Below are positions 1-9,288 of a DNA stretch of 32,000 nt, piece by piece. Positions within the stretch are counted from its first letter, which is position 1. Every line of letters starts with the position of its first letter. The notes under the pieces were generated by a model, which did not search any database, had not been told where the DNA came from, and saw only the letters and a program-made list of their open reading frames with translations. The stretch covers positions 3,270,001 to 3,302,000 of the forward strand of contig NC_014833.1 in assembly GCF_000179635.2 (NCBI RefSeq). The letters run 5' to 3'. The DNA comes from Ruminococcus albus 7 = DSM 20455. GTDB taxonomy: Bacteria > Bacillota > Clostridia > Oscillospirales > Ruminococcaceae. Both the position numbers and the translations under genes were made by a program.

Positions 1-678
1 GGGAAGTGGGATATACCTTGAAACGCAGTCCAGCAGACCCTCAATGCCCTCCAGCCTGAGAGCAGAACCGAAGCAAACGGGTATCAGTCTTCTGCATTCA
101 ATAGCCGATATCATTTTTTCATCGGTGATCTCACCGTTTTCAAGGTATTCCTCCATCATCTCCTCGGTACAGAGGGACAGGGCTTCATATAGTTCATCAC
201 GGGGCTGAGCGAAGGAAACACATCTGTCGCCCATGGCAGCGGTCAGGGAGTTCATAACAAAATCCTTACGTGCACCGTCCATATCCATTTTATTAACGAA
301 TACAAAAGTCGGTATATCATAGCGTTCCAGCAAACGTGCAAGGGTCTTGGTATGGGGCTGTACACCGTCGGTACCGCTGATGACCAGTATCGCCGCATCT
401 ATCACCCTGAGAGTACGCTCGGTCTCGCCTGAAAAGTCAACGTGGCCGGGAGTATCCAGCAAAGTGAATCCCACTCCGCCGTACTCAAAGACTGCTTGTT
501 TGGAGAATATTGTTATACCGCGATCACGCTCAATGGCATTATTATCAAGGAAAGCGTCCTTGTGATCCACCCTTCCGAGCTTGCGGATAGCCCCGCTTTT
601 ATACAGCATAGCCTCCGATAGCGTTGTCTTGCCCGAGTCAACGTGGGCGAGTATGCCTATTACTGCTTTTTTGTTCAT
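1..678 (-). CDS. Translation-factor GTPase of the ribosomal-protection (Tet(M)/Tet(O)/TetB(P)-like, EF-G-related) family. Only the N-terminal 226 codons are present and the 3' end lies outside the window.
   Basis: The reverse-complement translation from the ATG at 678 reads MNKKAVIGILAHVDSGKTTLSEAMLYKSGAIRKLGRVDHKDAFLDNNAIERDRGITI...[10 protein letters not shown]...FVNKMD. This contains the G1 (AHVDSGKT), G3 (DTPGH) and G4 (NKMD) motifs. The frame stays open to base 1. It is absent from the ORF track because no stop codon lies in the window. Confidence 0.8.
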   Translation of the reverse strand, partial: MNKKAVIGILAHVDSGKTTLSEAMLYKSGAIRKLGRVDHKDAFLDNNAIERDRGITIFSKQAVFEYGGVGFTLLDTPGHVDFSGETERTLRVIDAAILVISGTDGVQPHTKTLARLLERYDIPTFVFVNKMDMDGARKDFVMNSLTAAMGDRCVSFAQPRDELYEALSLCTEEMMEEYLENGEITDEKMISAIECRRLIPVCFGSALRLEGIEGLLDCVSRYIPLP

Positions 679-744
679 ATATTTATACCAGCCTTATCAT
701 ATCCAAATTCATGCACACAGACCCACATGGTCAGCATTTAATTT

Positions 745-773
745 ATTGTAACATATTTGTTTGAAATTGTAAA
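745..773 (-). promoter_or_regulatory. Possible sigma-A promoter for the GTPase gene
   Basis: The minus strand reads TTTACA (768-773), a 17-nt spacer, then TACAAT (745-750). This lies about 65 nt upstream of the ATG at 678. Confidence 0.4.
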
Positions 774-796
774 GGTCTTAAAATGACCCCGAATAC

Positions 797-828
797 ATAA
801 AAAAGGACCGAGCCTTTCGACTCGGTCC
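797..828 (-). terminator. Rho-independent terminator ending the str operon after tuf
   Basis: GGACCGAG (805-812) pairs with CTCGGTCC (821-828) around an 8-nt loop. On the minus strand the stem is followed by a U-run (plus-strand A-run 799-804). It sits about 28 nt downstream of the tuf stop. Confidence 0.8.
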
Positions 829-855
829 TTGATGTTACAGCATTAATGCTATTGA

Positions 856-2055
856 TTATTCGTTGATAGCAGTAACAACGCCGGAACCTACAGTTCTACC
901 ACCCTCACGGATAGCGAAACGCAGACCCTCTTCAATAGCGATAGGAGTGATCAGCTCAACGTCCATAGTTACGTTATCACCAGGCATGCACATCTCCTTG
1001 TCAGCAGGCAGAGAGATGATACCGGTAACGTCAGTTGTTCTGAAATAGAACTGAGGTCTGTAGTTGTTGAAGAAAGGAGTATGACGGCCGCCCTCTTCCT
1101 TCTTCAGAACGTAAACCTGACCGCTGAACTTAGTGTGGGGGTGAATGGAGCCGGGCTTACAAAGAACCTGACCTCTTTCAACCTGATCTCTTGTGATACC
1201 ACGGAGCAGAGCGCCGATGTTATCACCAGCCATAGCGGAATCCAGAGTCTTTCTGAACATCTCGATACCGGTTACAACTGTGGACTGCTTCTCATCAGAC
1301 AGACCAACGATCTCAACGGTCTCACCAGTGTTCAGAACACCTCTCTCAACTCTACCTGTAACAACGGTACCACGGCCGGAGATGGTCATAGTATCCTCAA
1401 CAGGCATCAGGAAAGGCTTAGCGTCGTCTCTCTCAGGAGTAGGAATGTACTCGTCAACAGCGTCCATCAGCTTGATGATAGGCTCGTAAGCAGGATCGCT
1501 CAGGTCATCGGGAGCTTCAAGAGCAGCCAGAGCAGAACCAACGATGATAGGAGTATCATCGCCAGGGAAATCATAAGAGCTCAGCAGATCTCTGATATCC
1601 ATCTCAACCAGCTCGAGCAGCTCAGGATCGTCAACCTGGTCAGCCTTGTTCATGAATACAACGATTGCAGGAACGCCAACCTGACGAGCCAGCAGGATGT
1701 GCTCTCTTGTCTGAGCCATAGGGCCGTCAGAAGCAGCACAAACCAGGATAGCGCCGTCCATCTGAGCAGCACCTGTGATCATGTTCTTAACGTAGTCAGC
1801 GTGGCCGGGGCAGTCAACGTGAGCATAGTGTCTCTTATCAGTCTCATACTCAACGTGAGCGGTATTGATTGTGATACCTCTCTCTCTCTCCTCGGGAGCC
1901 TTATCGATCATGTCATAAGCCTCAAACTTAGCCTGACCCTTCATAGCCAGTGTCTTGGTGATAGCAGCTGTCAGGGTAGTCTTACCGTGGTCAACGTGAC
2001 CGATGGTACCAATGTTAACGTGGGGCTTGGTTCTTTCAAAATGTGCCTTTGCCAT
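856..2055 (-). CDS. tuf: Elongation factor Tu
   Basis: The translation [33 protein letters not shown]...[25 protein letters not shown]...NKADQV is canonical EF-Tu of 399 aa. The start is the ATG at 2055, with AGGAGG (2065-2070 on the minus strand) upstream. The 26-codon N-terminal extension shown in the ORF track has no support. Confidence 0.98.
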   Translation of the reverse strand: MAKAHFERTKPHVNIGTIGHVDHGKTTLTAAITKTLAMKGQAKFEAYDMIDKAPEERERGITINTAHVEYETDKRHYAHVDCPGHADYVKNMITGAAQMDGAILVCAASDGPMAQTREHILLARQVGVPAIVVFMNKADQVDDPELLELVEMDIRDLLSSYDFPGDDTPIIVGSALAALEAPDDLSDPAYEPIIKLMDAVDEYIPTPERDDAKPFLMPVEDTMTISGRGTVVTGRVERGVLNTGETVEIVGLSDEKQSTVVTGIEMFRKTLDSAMAGDNIGALLRGITRDQVERGQVLCKPGSIHPHTKFSGQVYVLKKEEGGRHTPFFNNYRPQFYFRTTDVTGIISLPADKEMCMPGDNVTMDVELITPIAIEEGLRFAIREGGRTVGSGVVTAINE

Positions 2056-2144
2056 AGGAATTTTCCTCCTTAAAATAAATTTTATACTTCGTTCAGACGC
2101 AGCGTTCAGATATACTGAACGCTCATCTGACATACCGTAGTATT

Positions 2145-2173
2145 ATTATACCAAATTATTGAGAATTTTGCAA
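2145..2173 (-). promoter_or_regulatory. Internal sigma-A promoter for tuf in the fusA-tuf spacer
   Basis: The minus strand reads TTGCAA (2168-2173), a 17-nt spacer, then TATAAT (2145-2150). An 8-bp leader hairpin follows, AGCGTTCA (2101-2108) pairing with TGAACGCT (2116-2123). Confidence 0.6.
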
Positions 2174-2201
2174 TAGTTTTTGCAAAATATTTTTGCTAAA
2201 A

Positions 2202-4280
2202 TCAGTCTTTAGCTCTGGAAGTCATGATCTTGTCAGCGATAGACTTCGGTACCTGAGTATAGCTGTGGGGTTCCATAGCATACTGACCACGGCCCTGAGT
2301 CTTGGATCTCAGGTCGTTGGAATAACCGAACATCTCAGACAGAGGAACAAGAGCGTCAACCTGAACAGCACCTGTTCTCTGCTCCTGACCGAGGATCTGA
2401 CCACGTCTGGAGTTCAGGTCACCGATAACAGTACCTAGATAATCATCGGGAGCTATTACGGATACCTTCATGATAGGCTCAAGGATTATAGGAGCAGCCT
2501 TCTTCATAGCCTCCTTGAATGCCATAGAACCTGCGATCTTGAACGCCATTTCAGAGGAGTCAACTTCGTGGTAAGAACCGTCATACAGTTCAACCTTACA
2601 GTCAACAACCTGGAAGCCTGCGAGTACGCCGCTCTCCATAGCGCCCTTGATACCTGCGTCAACAGCAGGGATGTACTCCTTGGGGATAGAACCGCCGACT
2701 ACCTTGTTTACGAACTCGTAGCCTGCGCCGCTCTCATTGGGGAATACATTGATCTTAACGTGACCGTACTGACCCTTACCACCTGACTGCTTAGCGTACT
2801 TGTAGTCAACGTTAGCTTCCTTGGTGATAGTCTCCTTATAGGATACCTGAGGTGCACCAACGTTAGCCTCAACCTTGAACTCTCTCAGCAGTCTGTCAAC
2901 GATGATCTCCAGATGGAGCTCACCCATACCTGCGATAATGGTCTGACCTGTCTCTTCGGAAGTATAAGTTCTGAAGGTCGGGTCTTCTTCTGCCAGCTTA
3001 GCCAGCGCGATACCCATCTTCTCCTGACCTGCCTTGGTCTTAGGCTCGATAGCGAGCTGGATAACAGGCTCAGGGAATTCCATGGATTCCAGTATAACAG
3101 GGTTCTTCTCGTCGCAGAGAGTATCACCTGTAGTAGTATTCTTCAGACCGATAGCTGCACCGATATCACCTGCATAGATGGTATCGATATCCTTTCTGTC
3201 GTTGGAGTGCATCTGAACGATACGTCCGATTCTCTCGTCCTTATCCTTGGTGGAGTTGTAAACGGTAGAACCTGCTGCCAGTACACCGGAGTATACTCTG
3301 AAGTATGCCAGCTTACCAACGAAGGGGTCTGTAGCGATCTTGAATGCCAGTGCTGCGAAAGGCTGATCGTCGCCTGAAATTCTCTCGCACTCCTCACCTG
3401 TATCAGGGTTAACACCCTTGATGTGGGGAACGTCGATAGGAGAAGGCATATAGTCAACGATAGCGTCGAGCAGCTTCTGTACGCCCTTGTTCTTGTAGGA
3501 AGTACCACAAGTAACAGGAACCATTGTGTTAGCGATGGTGGACTTTCTGATAACAGTCTTCATCTCTTCGATGGTGATCTCCTCATCAGCGAAGAACTTC
3601 TCAGCCAGATCGTCATCAACTTCTGCCAGATGCTCGATCAGGTCAGCTCTGTACTGCTCAGCCTTTTCCTGCATATCAGCGGGGATATCCTCACATCTGA
3701 TATCCTTGCCCAGATCATCATAATAAATGTACGCCTTCATCTCAAGGAGATCGATGATGCCCTTGAAATCTTCCTCAGCGCCGATAGGCAGCTGGATCGG
3801 AACAGCGTTGCACTGAAGTCTCTCGTGGAGCATATTCAGTACGTTATAGAAATCAGCACCCATGATATCCATCTTGTTGACGTATACCATACGAGGTACC
3901 TTATAGTTGTCAGCCTGTCTCCATACAGTCTCGGTCTGGGGCTCAACGCCGCCCTTTGCACAAAGAACGGTAACTGAACCGTCGAGAACTCTCAGAGATC
4001 TTTCAACTTCAACGGTGAAGTCAACGTGGCCGGGAGTATCTATAATGTTGAGTCTGTGACCCTTCCAGTAGCAAGTAGTAGCAGCAGAGGTGATAGTGAT
4101 ACCTCTCTCCTTCTCCTGTGCCATCCAGTCCATTGTAGATGCACCGTCGTGTGTCTCACCGATCTTGTAGTTAACACCGGTATAGAACAGGATACGCTCA
4201 GTAGTAGTTGTCTTACCGGCGTCGATGTGTGCCATGATACCGATATTACGGTAATCCTGGAGCTTAGTTTCTCTAGCCAT
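2202..4280 (-). CDS. fusA: Elongation factor G
   Basis: The 692-aa product begins [35 protein letters not shown]...[21 protein letters not shown]...NKMD. GGAGG lies 7 nt upstream of the ATG at 4280. The gene occupies its conserved position between rpsG and tuf. Confidence 0.98.
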   Translation of the reverse strand: MARETKLQDYRNIGIMAHIDAGKTTTTERILFYTGVNYKIGETHDGASTMDWMAQEKERGITITSAATTCYWKGHRLNIIDTPGHVDFTVEVERSLRVLDGSVTVLCAKGGVEPQTETVWRQADNYKVPRMVYVNKMDIMGADFYNVLNMLHERLQCNAVPIQLPIGAEEDFKGIIDLLEMKAYIYYDDLGKDIRCEDIPADMQEKAEQYRADLIEHLAEVDDDLAEKFFADEEITIEEMKTVIRKSTIANTMVPVTCGTSYKNKGVQKLLDAIVDYMPSPIDVPHIKGVNPDTGEECERISGDDQPFAALAFKIATDPFVGKLAYFRVYSGVLAAGSTVYNSTKDKDERIGRIVQMHSNDRKDIDTIYAGDIGAAIGLKNTTTGDTLCDEKNPVILESMEFPEPVIQLAIEPKTKAGQEKMGIALAKLAEEDPTFRTYTSEETGQTIIAGMGELHLEIIVDRLLREFKVEANVGAPQVSYKETITKEANVDYKYAKQSGGKGQYGHVKINVFPNESGAGYEFVNKVVGGSIPKEYIPAVDAGIKGAMESGVLAGFQVVDCKVELYDGSYHEVDSSEMAFKIAGSMAFKEAMKKAAPIILEPIMKVSVIAPDDYLGTVIGDLNSRRGQILGQEQRTGAVQVDALVPLSEMFGYSNDLRSKTQGRGQYAMEPHSYTQVPKSIADKIMTSRAKD

Positions 4281-4301
4281 GATATATCCTCCTCTATACT
4301 C

Positions 4302-4772
4302 TTACCATCTGTAATGAGCGAAAGCCTTGTTAGCTTCAGCCATCTTGTGTGTGTCGTCACGCTTCTTGCATGAACCGCCTACACCGTTAAGAGCGTCGAG
4401 GATCTCAGCTGCGAGCTTTTCCTTCATGGTATCCTCGTGTCTTTCACGAGAATACTTAGTGATCCATCTCAGACCGAGTGTCTGACGTCTGTCAGGTCTA
4501 ACCTCCATGGGGACCTGATAGGTAGCACCGCCGACACGGCGAGCCTTTACCTCCAGCTCAGGCATGATATTGTTCATAGCCTCCTCGAAAACCTCGAGAG
4601 CAGGACGGCCTGTCTTTTCCTCTACGATCTCGAATGCTCCGTAAACGATCTTCTGGGCAACACCCTTCTTACCGTCGAGCATGATGTTGTTTACCAGACG
4701 TGTAACCAGCTTGCTGTTGTATACAGGATCCTGGAGCACGTCTCTCTTAGTAACTCTACCTCTTCTTGGCAC
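4302..4772 (-). CDS. rpsG: 30S ribosomal protein S7, with a GTG start
   Basis: The product reads (V/M)[27 protein letters not shown]...AFAHYRW. The universal S7 N-terminus MPRRG aligns with the GTG at 4770-4772, and AAGGAGG (4781-4787) lies 8 nt upstream. The longer ORF in the track (to 4826) has no S7 counterpart. Confidence 0.93.
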   Translation of the reverse strand: MPRRGRVTKRDVLQDPVYNSKLVTRLVNNIMLDGKKGVAQKIVYGAFEIVEEKTGRPALEVFEEAMNNIMPELEVKARRVGGATYQVPMEVRPDRRQTLGLRWITKYSRERHEDTMKEKLAAEILDALNGVGGSCKKRDDTHKMAEANKAFAHYRW

Positions 4773-4989
4773 TTTAATTCCCTCCTTCACAAATAATGAA
4801 TTCATAGGTACTCGCTCTGTGACCAAACCTGAAAGTCCGTCACAGCCCCGTCAGTTCCATGCAGAGTTACCAATACAATATATATCAATCACTCCACAAA
4901 AACTGTGGTCTCCGCTTTTACGCGGCAATGAGTTATTCCATAAATTTTAAGCGGGATACCTCCCGTAGTTTCCGCAAGCTTTATAAAGC

Positions 4990-5415
4990 TTACTTAGCAG
5001 CGCCTGCCTTAGGCTTCTTAGCGCCGTACTTGGATCTAGCCTGCATTCTCTTAGCAACGCCCTGTGCATCAAGAGTACCGCGGATGATGTGGTATCTTAC
5101 ACCAGGGAGGTCCTTAACTCTTCCGCCTCTGATGAAAACAACAGAGTGCTCCTGAAGGTTATGACCAATGCCGGGGATGTATGCAGTTACCTCGTAGCCG
5201 TTGGTCAGCTTTACTCTGGCTACCTTTCTCATTGCGGAGTTAGGCTTCTTAGGAGTAGCTGTTCTGACAACTGTGCATACGCCTCTCTTCTGAGGACAGC
5301 TCTGATCGATAACTCTCTTCTTCTTGGCATTGAAGCCCTTCTGGAGAGCAGGAGCTGTAGACTTGTCTGCAAGTACGTTTCTGCCCTTTCTTACTAACTG
5401 GTTAAAGGTTGGCAT
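4990..5415 (-). CDS. rpsL: 30S ribosomal protein S12
   Basis: The 141-aa product reads [12 protein letters not shown]...[34 protein letters not shown]...[12 protein letters not shown], which is canonical S12. Confidence 0.97.
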   Translation of the reverse strand: MPTFNQLVRKGRNVLADKSTAPALQKGFNAKKKRVIDQSCPQKRGVCTVVRTATPKKPNSAMRKVARVKLTNGYEVTAYIPGIGHNLQEHSVVFIRGGRVKDLPGVRYHIIRGTLDAQGVAKRMQARSKYGAKKPKAGAAK

Positions 5416-5471
5416 GGTTTCTCTCCTTTCGTCAAATAGTTACACTGACCCTATTGTCAGCGTACTCGACT

Positions 5472-5500
5472 ATTATACATTACTTTTCCCGATATGTCAA
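5472..5500 (-). promoter_or_regulatory. Sigma-A promoter of the rpsL-rpsG-fusA(-tuf) operon
   Basis: The minus strand reads TTGACA (5495-5500), a 17-nt spacer, then TATAAT (5472-5477). This lies about 55 nt upstream of the rpsL ATG. Confidence 0.75.
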
Positions 5501-5628
5501 GCTATTTCATATAATTTTTACACTTCACACAAAACACCCCGTAATACAAGGTCTGCACTCATATAGAAGTGATAAGCCGCAGTATTTCTTGTGTACAATT
5601 TCTGAATGCTGCGGTGCTTTAAATATAG

Positions 5629-5665
5629 AACGAGCGCAGACGTTTTATCGTCCGCGCTCGTTTTT
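5629..5665. terminator. GC-rich hairpin, probably the terminator separating the sigma/anti-sigma operon from the rpsL promoter
   Basis: AACGAGCGCAGACG (5629-5642) pairs with CGTCCGCGCTCGTT (5649-5662) with one mismatch. A T-run follows on the plus strand, and an A-run precedes the stem on the minus strand. Orientation is ambiguous, but the only upstream gene is the minus-strand CDS ending at 5723. Confidence 0.5.
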
Positions 5666-5722
5666 GTCAGCTGTGACTTCTCTCTTTGTTTCCTTAGCAG
5701 TTTCACCCAATTATACACGATA

Positions 5723-7438
5723 TCATCGCTGCGGGTCTATATTGTAGTCAACATTTCTTCGCTCAATACTGATAACTTCCGAACCTGTATTTTTTTGTGT
5801 CTCCGCTCCGCCGAACTTCGCTTTGCCCGCCCAAACTATCTCATCACCGTTCTTTTTGCCAAAGCTGAATGTTATTCCGTCGGGTGGCTCTGAGACTGTT
5901 TCATCGAACTCCACTCCATACATAAGCAGAAGCTTTCCGCCGCTGTATTCCTCGTCGCGAGCAATATATAGTTTCTTAACGCGGTCATCCTCACATCTAA
6001 TGACATACTCATCATTACTGTTTATCACAAATGACGATATCTCATGCTTTTTGGAGTCCTCTTTGAACATGATATTTTTTATCTCATCAAAGTCTGCATT
6101 TTTTGATGCTGTAAGTTCAAAGGTATACAGGAACAGCGTTCTTTTATTTCCGTTATCGTCGAACTTTCTAACTACAACATCACCGAAGGGTTCAACTGTA
6201 AAGTCATAATCACCGTTTTCAGCAGCTGTCATTTGAATGACCGTGTTTTCAATGACATTGATATCTGATCCCTTTAGATTGGTCGGAACAACATCAATTT
6301 TAAGTTTGCCCCTGATATTTCCCGTTCTTTCGGTATCGATGACGTTTATCAGCAGATACGCCGTATTTGCTTTGGTGCTGTCCGCCACTGCCCTGACATT
6401 CAGTATCTCGATATCGGTATCACACTTTGTTTTGAGGGTGTACTGTCTTCCGCCTATACCGATCGAACATGTCTTTTCTATGCGATCGAAATATGAGCCT
6501 GCCCACAGGTATCCGCCGTCGGTCTTTTCAATTTTCATCACATAAAGCTGTGATGTTGCGCCGCCGCGGACGTAGGCTTCATCAAACAATGTCGCCATCA
6601 TCTCGCCTTTGATCTCTGTATCTCTTTTGTCATATGAGATACTGCACTCGACCTCGGGCTTTACCTGATTGATATTTTTATAGGTGCCTCTCACCAAATA
6701 CTTGACCGTATCGTCGAATGTATAATCCGAGACCCTTGCAGCAACCTGTGCCGTGCGAAGTATATCTCCAAAAAATCCATCTGTCCATCTGCCCAGATCG
6801 GCGTATCCGTTGCAGAAAAGTGTTCCTTTGGGCTGTACTCCCAAATATTTCCTGCCGTTTACTTCCATGGTGAAATTCATATCAAGGCATTCCTCGCCCA
6901 GAAGTTCATCGAAGCCCAGCACCACTTTATCGCCGAACTTCGGAAGTTCCTTGCTTCCCGAAAGCGCATCGCCATCCGCCATAAGCTGTGTGCATAACAC
7001 ATGATTTCCAAACTGGTAGGACTCTCGCGCACACGCAAGAAAGATCGTTCCATCATCTTCAGACTTCACGCAGTCCAGCACATTCACAGTTTCTGTATAA
7101 CCGTACATATCGTTCATCTTAGCCTTGGCATCTTTGATATATTCTGCCCATTTTTCAGGGTTCTCATCATATTCTTCCTCAGGCGGCAATAATGCCCGGC
7201 TTTTTGCAGGTGTACTGTCAGATGATGTGTGTTTAATCTGTACATCGCTGTTACTGTAACCATAGAACATCGGTATGACCACCATTCCCACAGCCGCTGC
7301 CGCTGTCACCGCAACTATCCCTGCGGACTGCCATTTTTTCAGCTTCGGCTCCATGCCCTCAGCCTCTGCCGCTTTAAGAGCCCTGCGCTGCCAGTCCTCG
7401 GGTGTTCTGACATTATCCAAAAATCTCATCTGTTTCAT
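5723..7438 (-). CDS. Single-pass membrane protein, putative anti-sigma factor. It has a ~40-aa cytoplasmic N-terminus, one TM helix and a ~500-aa extracytoplasmic domain that I could not assign to a family.
   Basis: The ATG at 7438 is preceded by GGAAGGGAG and overlaps the 3' end of the ECF sigma gene by 26 nt, suggesting translational coupling. The hydrophobic segment is AGIVAVTAAAAVGMVVIPMF. No HxxxCxxC zinc anti-sigma motif is visible. The functional call rests on gene context only. Confidence 0.5.
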   Translation of the reverse strand: MKQMRFLDNVRTPEDWQRRALKAAEAEGMEPKLKKWQSAGIVAVTAAAAVGMVVIPMFYGYSNSDVQIKHTSSDSTPAKSRALLPPEEEYDENPEKWAEYIKDAKAKMNDMYGYTETVNVLDCVKSEDDGTIFLACARESYQFGNHVLCTQLMADGDALSGSKELPKFGDKVVLGFDELLGEECLDMNFTMEVNGRKYLGVQPKGTLFCNGYADLGRWTDGFFGDILRTAQVAARVSDYTFDDTVKYLVRGTYKNINQVKPEVECSISYDKRDTEIKGEMMATLFDEAYVRGGATSQLYVMKIEKTDGGYLWAGSYFDRIEKTCSIGIGGRQYTLKTKCDTDIEILNVRAVADSTKANTAYLLINVIDTERTGNIRGKLKIDVVPTNLKGSDINVIENTVIQMTAAENGDYDFTVEPFGDVVVRKFDDNGNKRTLFLYTFELTASKNADFDEIKNIMFKEDSKKHEISSFVINSNDEYVIRCEDDRVKKLYIARDEEYSGGKLLLMYGVEFDETVSEPPDGITFSFGKKNGDEIVWAGKAKFGGAETQKNTGSEVISIERRNVDYNIDPQR

Positions 7439-7916
7439 AACGTCCGCTCCCTTCCTGTTCAAGCTGACCTTTCAGCTTTTCTCTGCCGCGTTTCAGCTGT
7501 GAGCGCACAGTTGAAGGTCTTGTCTTAGTGACCTCTGCTATCTCATCAGCTGTAAGCTCCTCATAATAATAAAGGTATATCACATCTCTGTACTTCGGCG
7601 GAAGTTCCATCACCAGCTGCCATATCTCGCGGTCGGCAGGCTGAACGGGTATGTCACTGACATCTTCCAGACTGAGGGTGTTCCTGCGCAGGCGATAACG
7701 CCATAAGCTACTGCACTCGTTCACCGTCACCCTGAGAAGCCATGCTTTCGGGTTTGGTATGACACCCTTTTTCAGTTCCTTGTACAGCTTGAAGAACACC
7801 GTCTGATATACGTCCTCCGCATCGGACATATCCCCGGTATGCATCACACAAAGTCTTGTGACCATGTCGCTGTACTCTTTTAACAACTCTTCATAATCGC
7901 TTAGGATATCAGCCAT
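7413..7916 (-). CDS. ECF-type RNA polymerase sigma-70 family factor
   Basis: The 167-aa product starts at the ATG at 7916, with GGGAGGTG upstream. Region 2-like sequence is AEDVYQTVFFKLYKEL...KAWLLRVTVNECSSLWR. Region 4-like sequence is LPPKYRDVIYLYYYEELTADEIAEVTKTRPSTVRSQLKRGREKLK. Confidence 0.85.
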   Translation of the reverse strand: MADILSDYEELLKEYSDMVTRLCVMHTGDMSDAEDVYQTVFFKLYKELKKGVIPNPKAWLLRVTVNECSSLWRYRLRRNTLSLEDVSDIPVQPADREIWQLVMELPPKYRDVIYLYYYEELTADEIAEVTKTRPSTVRSQLKRGREKLKGQLEQEGSGRYETDEIFG

Positions 7917-8025
7917 GCGCCTCACCTCCCTCTCTGTATAATAAAACGCCGACAGTTCCAAAAATGTTGCACGGGTCTGAAAAAATTTTTTTCATTCAGC
8001 TGACGCACCGCATTTTGTCAGCACC

Positions 8026-8054
8026 AGTATACCAGATACTATTCTTAATGTCAA
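8026..8054 (-). promoter_or_regulatory. Sigma-A promoter of the ECF sigma/anti-sigma operon
   Basis: The minus strand reads TTGACA (8049-8054), a 17-nt spacer, then TATACT (8026-8031). Confidence 0.65.
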
Positions 8055-8078
8055 TATAATGATCAGTTCTTCGGGCGT

Positions 8079-8112
8079 AAAAAACAGCCCTCCGACCTGA
8101 GCCGAAGAGCTG
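8079..8112 (-). terminator. Rho-independent terminator after the serine hydrolase gene
   Basis: On the minus strand CAGCUCUUCGG pairs with UCGGAGGGCUG (including G-U pairs) and is followed by UUUUUU (plus-strand A-run 8079-8084). The sequence is a near-copy of the rpoC terminator at 9254-9288. Confidence 0.7.
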
Positions 8113-8126
8113 CTGATAATTATTTA

Positions 8127-9122
8127 TCATATCCCCGATATCAACCCAAGAACATTTTTCTCCACAAATTCCACTCTGTCAAATATCCTCGGTTTGAACG
8201 TCCCTGTCACCCCAACAGATATATTCTTCTCTCTGTTCACGTATATCAGATTTCCACCATCCCCGATTGCAGCGCAAACTTTGCCGCTCTCATCGATAGT
8301 ATACCATAAATATCCGTAGTACAGTCCCCCGAAAGTTTCAGGCAGTTTCTGCAAAGGCGAGGTCATCTTCTCCACCCACTTTTCCGATACCACCTGCGCA
8401 CCGCCGTACTTTCCGCCGTTCAACATCATCTGTCCTATCTTAGCCATATCCCTCGCCGAAAGTGTCAGACCCCAGCCCGCAGTTACCGTTCCCTGAGGGT
8501 CGCTGTACCACTCGTTTTCCCGAGGGTTCTTATTCATCAGGAAATCGAACTGATCTTCCTTTGAACTGTCACCGTGTACCCTGTGCTCGGGTATCCCCAG
8601 CGGCTTGAACAGGTATTCGTTGGCAAAGTCTATGCATCTCATGCCCGAGGCTTTTTCTATCACGCCCGCAAATATCTGTATTCCGAGAGTTGCATACTTG
8701 AAATCCCCTGTTATCCCCGATCTTCCCCCAAGAAGATCAAGAGCGGCTACCGTCCAGTCATCCGAAGTACATACCTTTTTCCAAGGTTCGCTCCTGTACT
8801 TGTAGGGCGCTGTCATCGTCAGCAGATGTTCAAGCGTCACATCATAGATGGTCTTTTCGCCCCGCTTGACCTTGTATCCTGGAAAATAGTCAAGCACCTT
8901 ATCTTTCGTTCCGCCGATAAATCCCTTGTCCGCCGCGATACCCGCAAGCACTGCCATCACGCCTTTCGTCACCGACATAACGTTCGCAGTGTCCGCCGTC
9001 CCGAAGCCCCGCCAGCTGTCTTCATAGAACGTCGCACCGTCTTTCATCGCATATATCTGGCAGATATTGCTCTCATTTCCCTTGCTTTCTTCAACCATTC
9101 TGTGTAACTCTTCTGCTGTCAT
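8127..9122 (-). CDS. Serine hydrolase of the beta-lactamase/transpeptidase-like (class C / esterase EstB-like) family, with no signal peptide
   Basis: The 331-aa product has the SxxK nucleophile motif SVTKGV near residue 50 and a C-terminal GDGGN motif where the KTG/HxG box normally lies. AGGAGG lies 7 nt upstream of the ATG at 9122. Confidence 0.75.
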   Translation of the reverse strand: MTAEELHRMVEESKGNESNICQIYAMKDGATFYEDSWRGFGTADTANVMSVTKGVMAVLAGIAADKGFIGGTKDKVLDYFPGYKVKRGEKTIYDVTLEHLLTMTAPYKYRSEPWKKVCTSDDWTVAALDLLGGRSGITGDFKYATLGIQIFAGVIEKASGMRCIDFANEYLFKPLGIPEHRVHGDSSKEDQFDFLMNKNPRENEWYSDPQGTVTAGWGLTLSARDMAKIGQMMLNGGKYGGAQVVSEKWVEKMTSPLQKLPETFGGLYYGYLWYTIDESGKVCAAIGDGGNLIYVNREKNISVGVTGTFKPRIFDRVEFVEKNVLGLISGI

Positions 9123-9195
9123 ACCGCTGCCTCCTGTTCATCTCTTCTGACTTTCATCTGTCACCCGAAACACCGTTTTTTTCATGATAGCATAA

Positions 9196-9224
9196 AGTAT
9201 ACCAAAAACAATTTTTAATGTCAA
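9196..9224 (-). promoter_or_regulatory. Sigma-A promoter of the serine hydrolase gene
   Basis: The minus strand reads TTGACA (9219-9224), a 17-nt spacer, then TATACT (9196-9201). The flanking bases resemble those of the promoter at 8026-8054. Confidence 0.65.
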
Positions 9225-9253
9225 TACATTTTATTAAGATTTTTTTCACACAT

Positions 9254-9288
9254 AAAAAGCAGCTCCCCGACCGAAGCCGAAGAGCTGC
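9254..9288 (-). terminator. Rho-independent terminator after rpoC
   Basis: On the minus strand GCAGCUCUUCGG pairs with UCGGGGAGCUGC and is followed by UUUUU (plus-strand A-run 9254-9258). Confidence 0.75.

Noticed and set aside
1081-2073. A 330-aa plus-strand ORF antisense to tuf. Similar long antisense ORFs lie opposite fusA (3423-3977), rpoC (9750-10907), rpoB (14040-14840, 15600-16118, 16158-16703), pgcA (22207-23142) and the relaxase (28248-29111, 28597-29202).
   Set aside because: These are mirror frames of strongly conserved or clearly assigned genes. Their translations are rich in Ser, Leu, Val and Cys with no recognisable motifs and no RBS. Open antisense frames like these are common in genes with biased codon usage.
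856-2133. N-terminal extensions in the ORF track for tuf (to 2133), rpsG (to 4826), rpoB (to 16937), the ECF sigma (to 7961), the membrane proteins (to 7462 and to 21543), pgcA (from 21769) and the TnpW-like ORF (from 31343).
   Set aside because: In each case a downstream start has a properly spaced Shine-Dalgarno sequence and matches the conserved family N-terminus. The extensions lack an RBS or would begin upstream of the predicted transcription start.
7932-7959. A GGAAC (7955-7959, minus strand) that resembles an ECF-type -35 element and might be an autoregulatory promoter upstream of the sigma gene.
   Set aside because: Any matching -10 would place the transcription start inside or after the Shine-Dalgarno sequence (7921-7930) of the sigma gene. 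No CGT-type -10 element lies at the right spacing.
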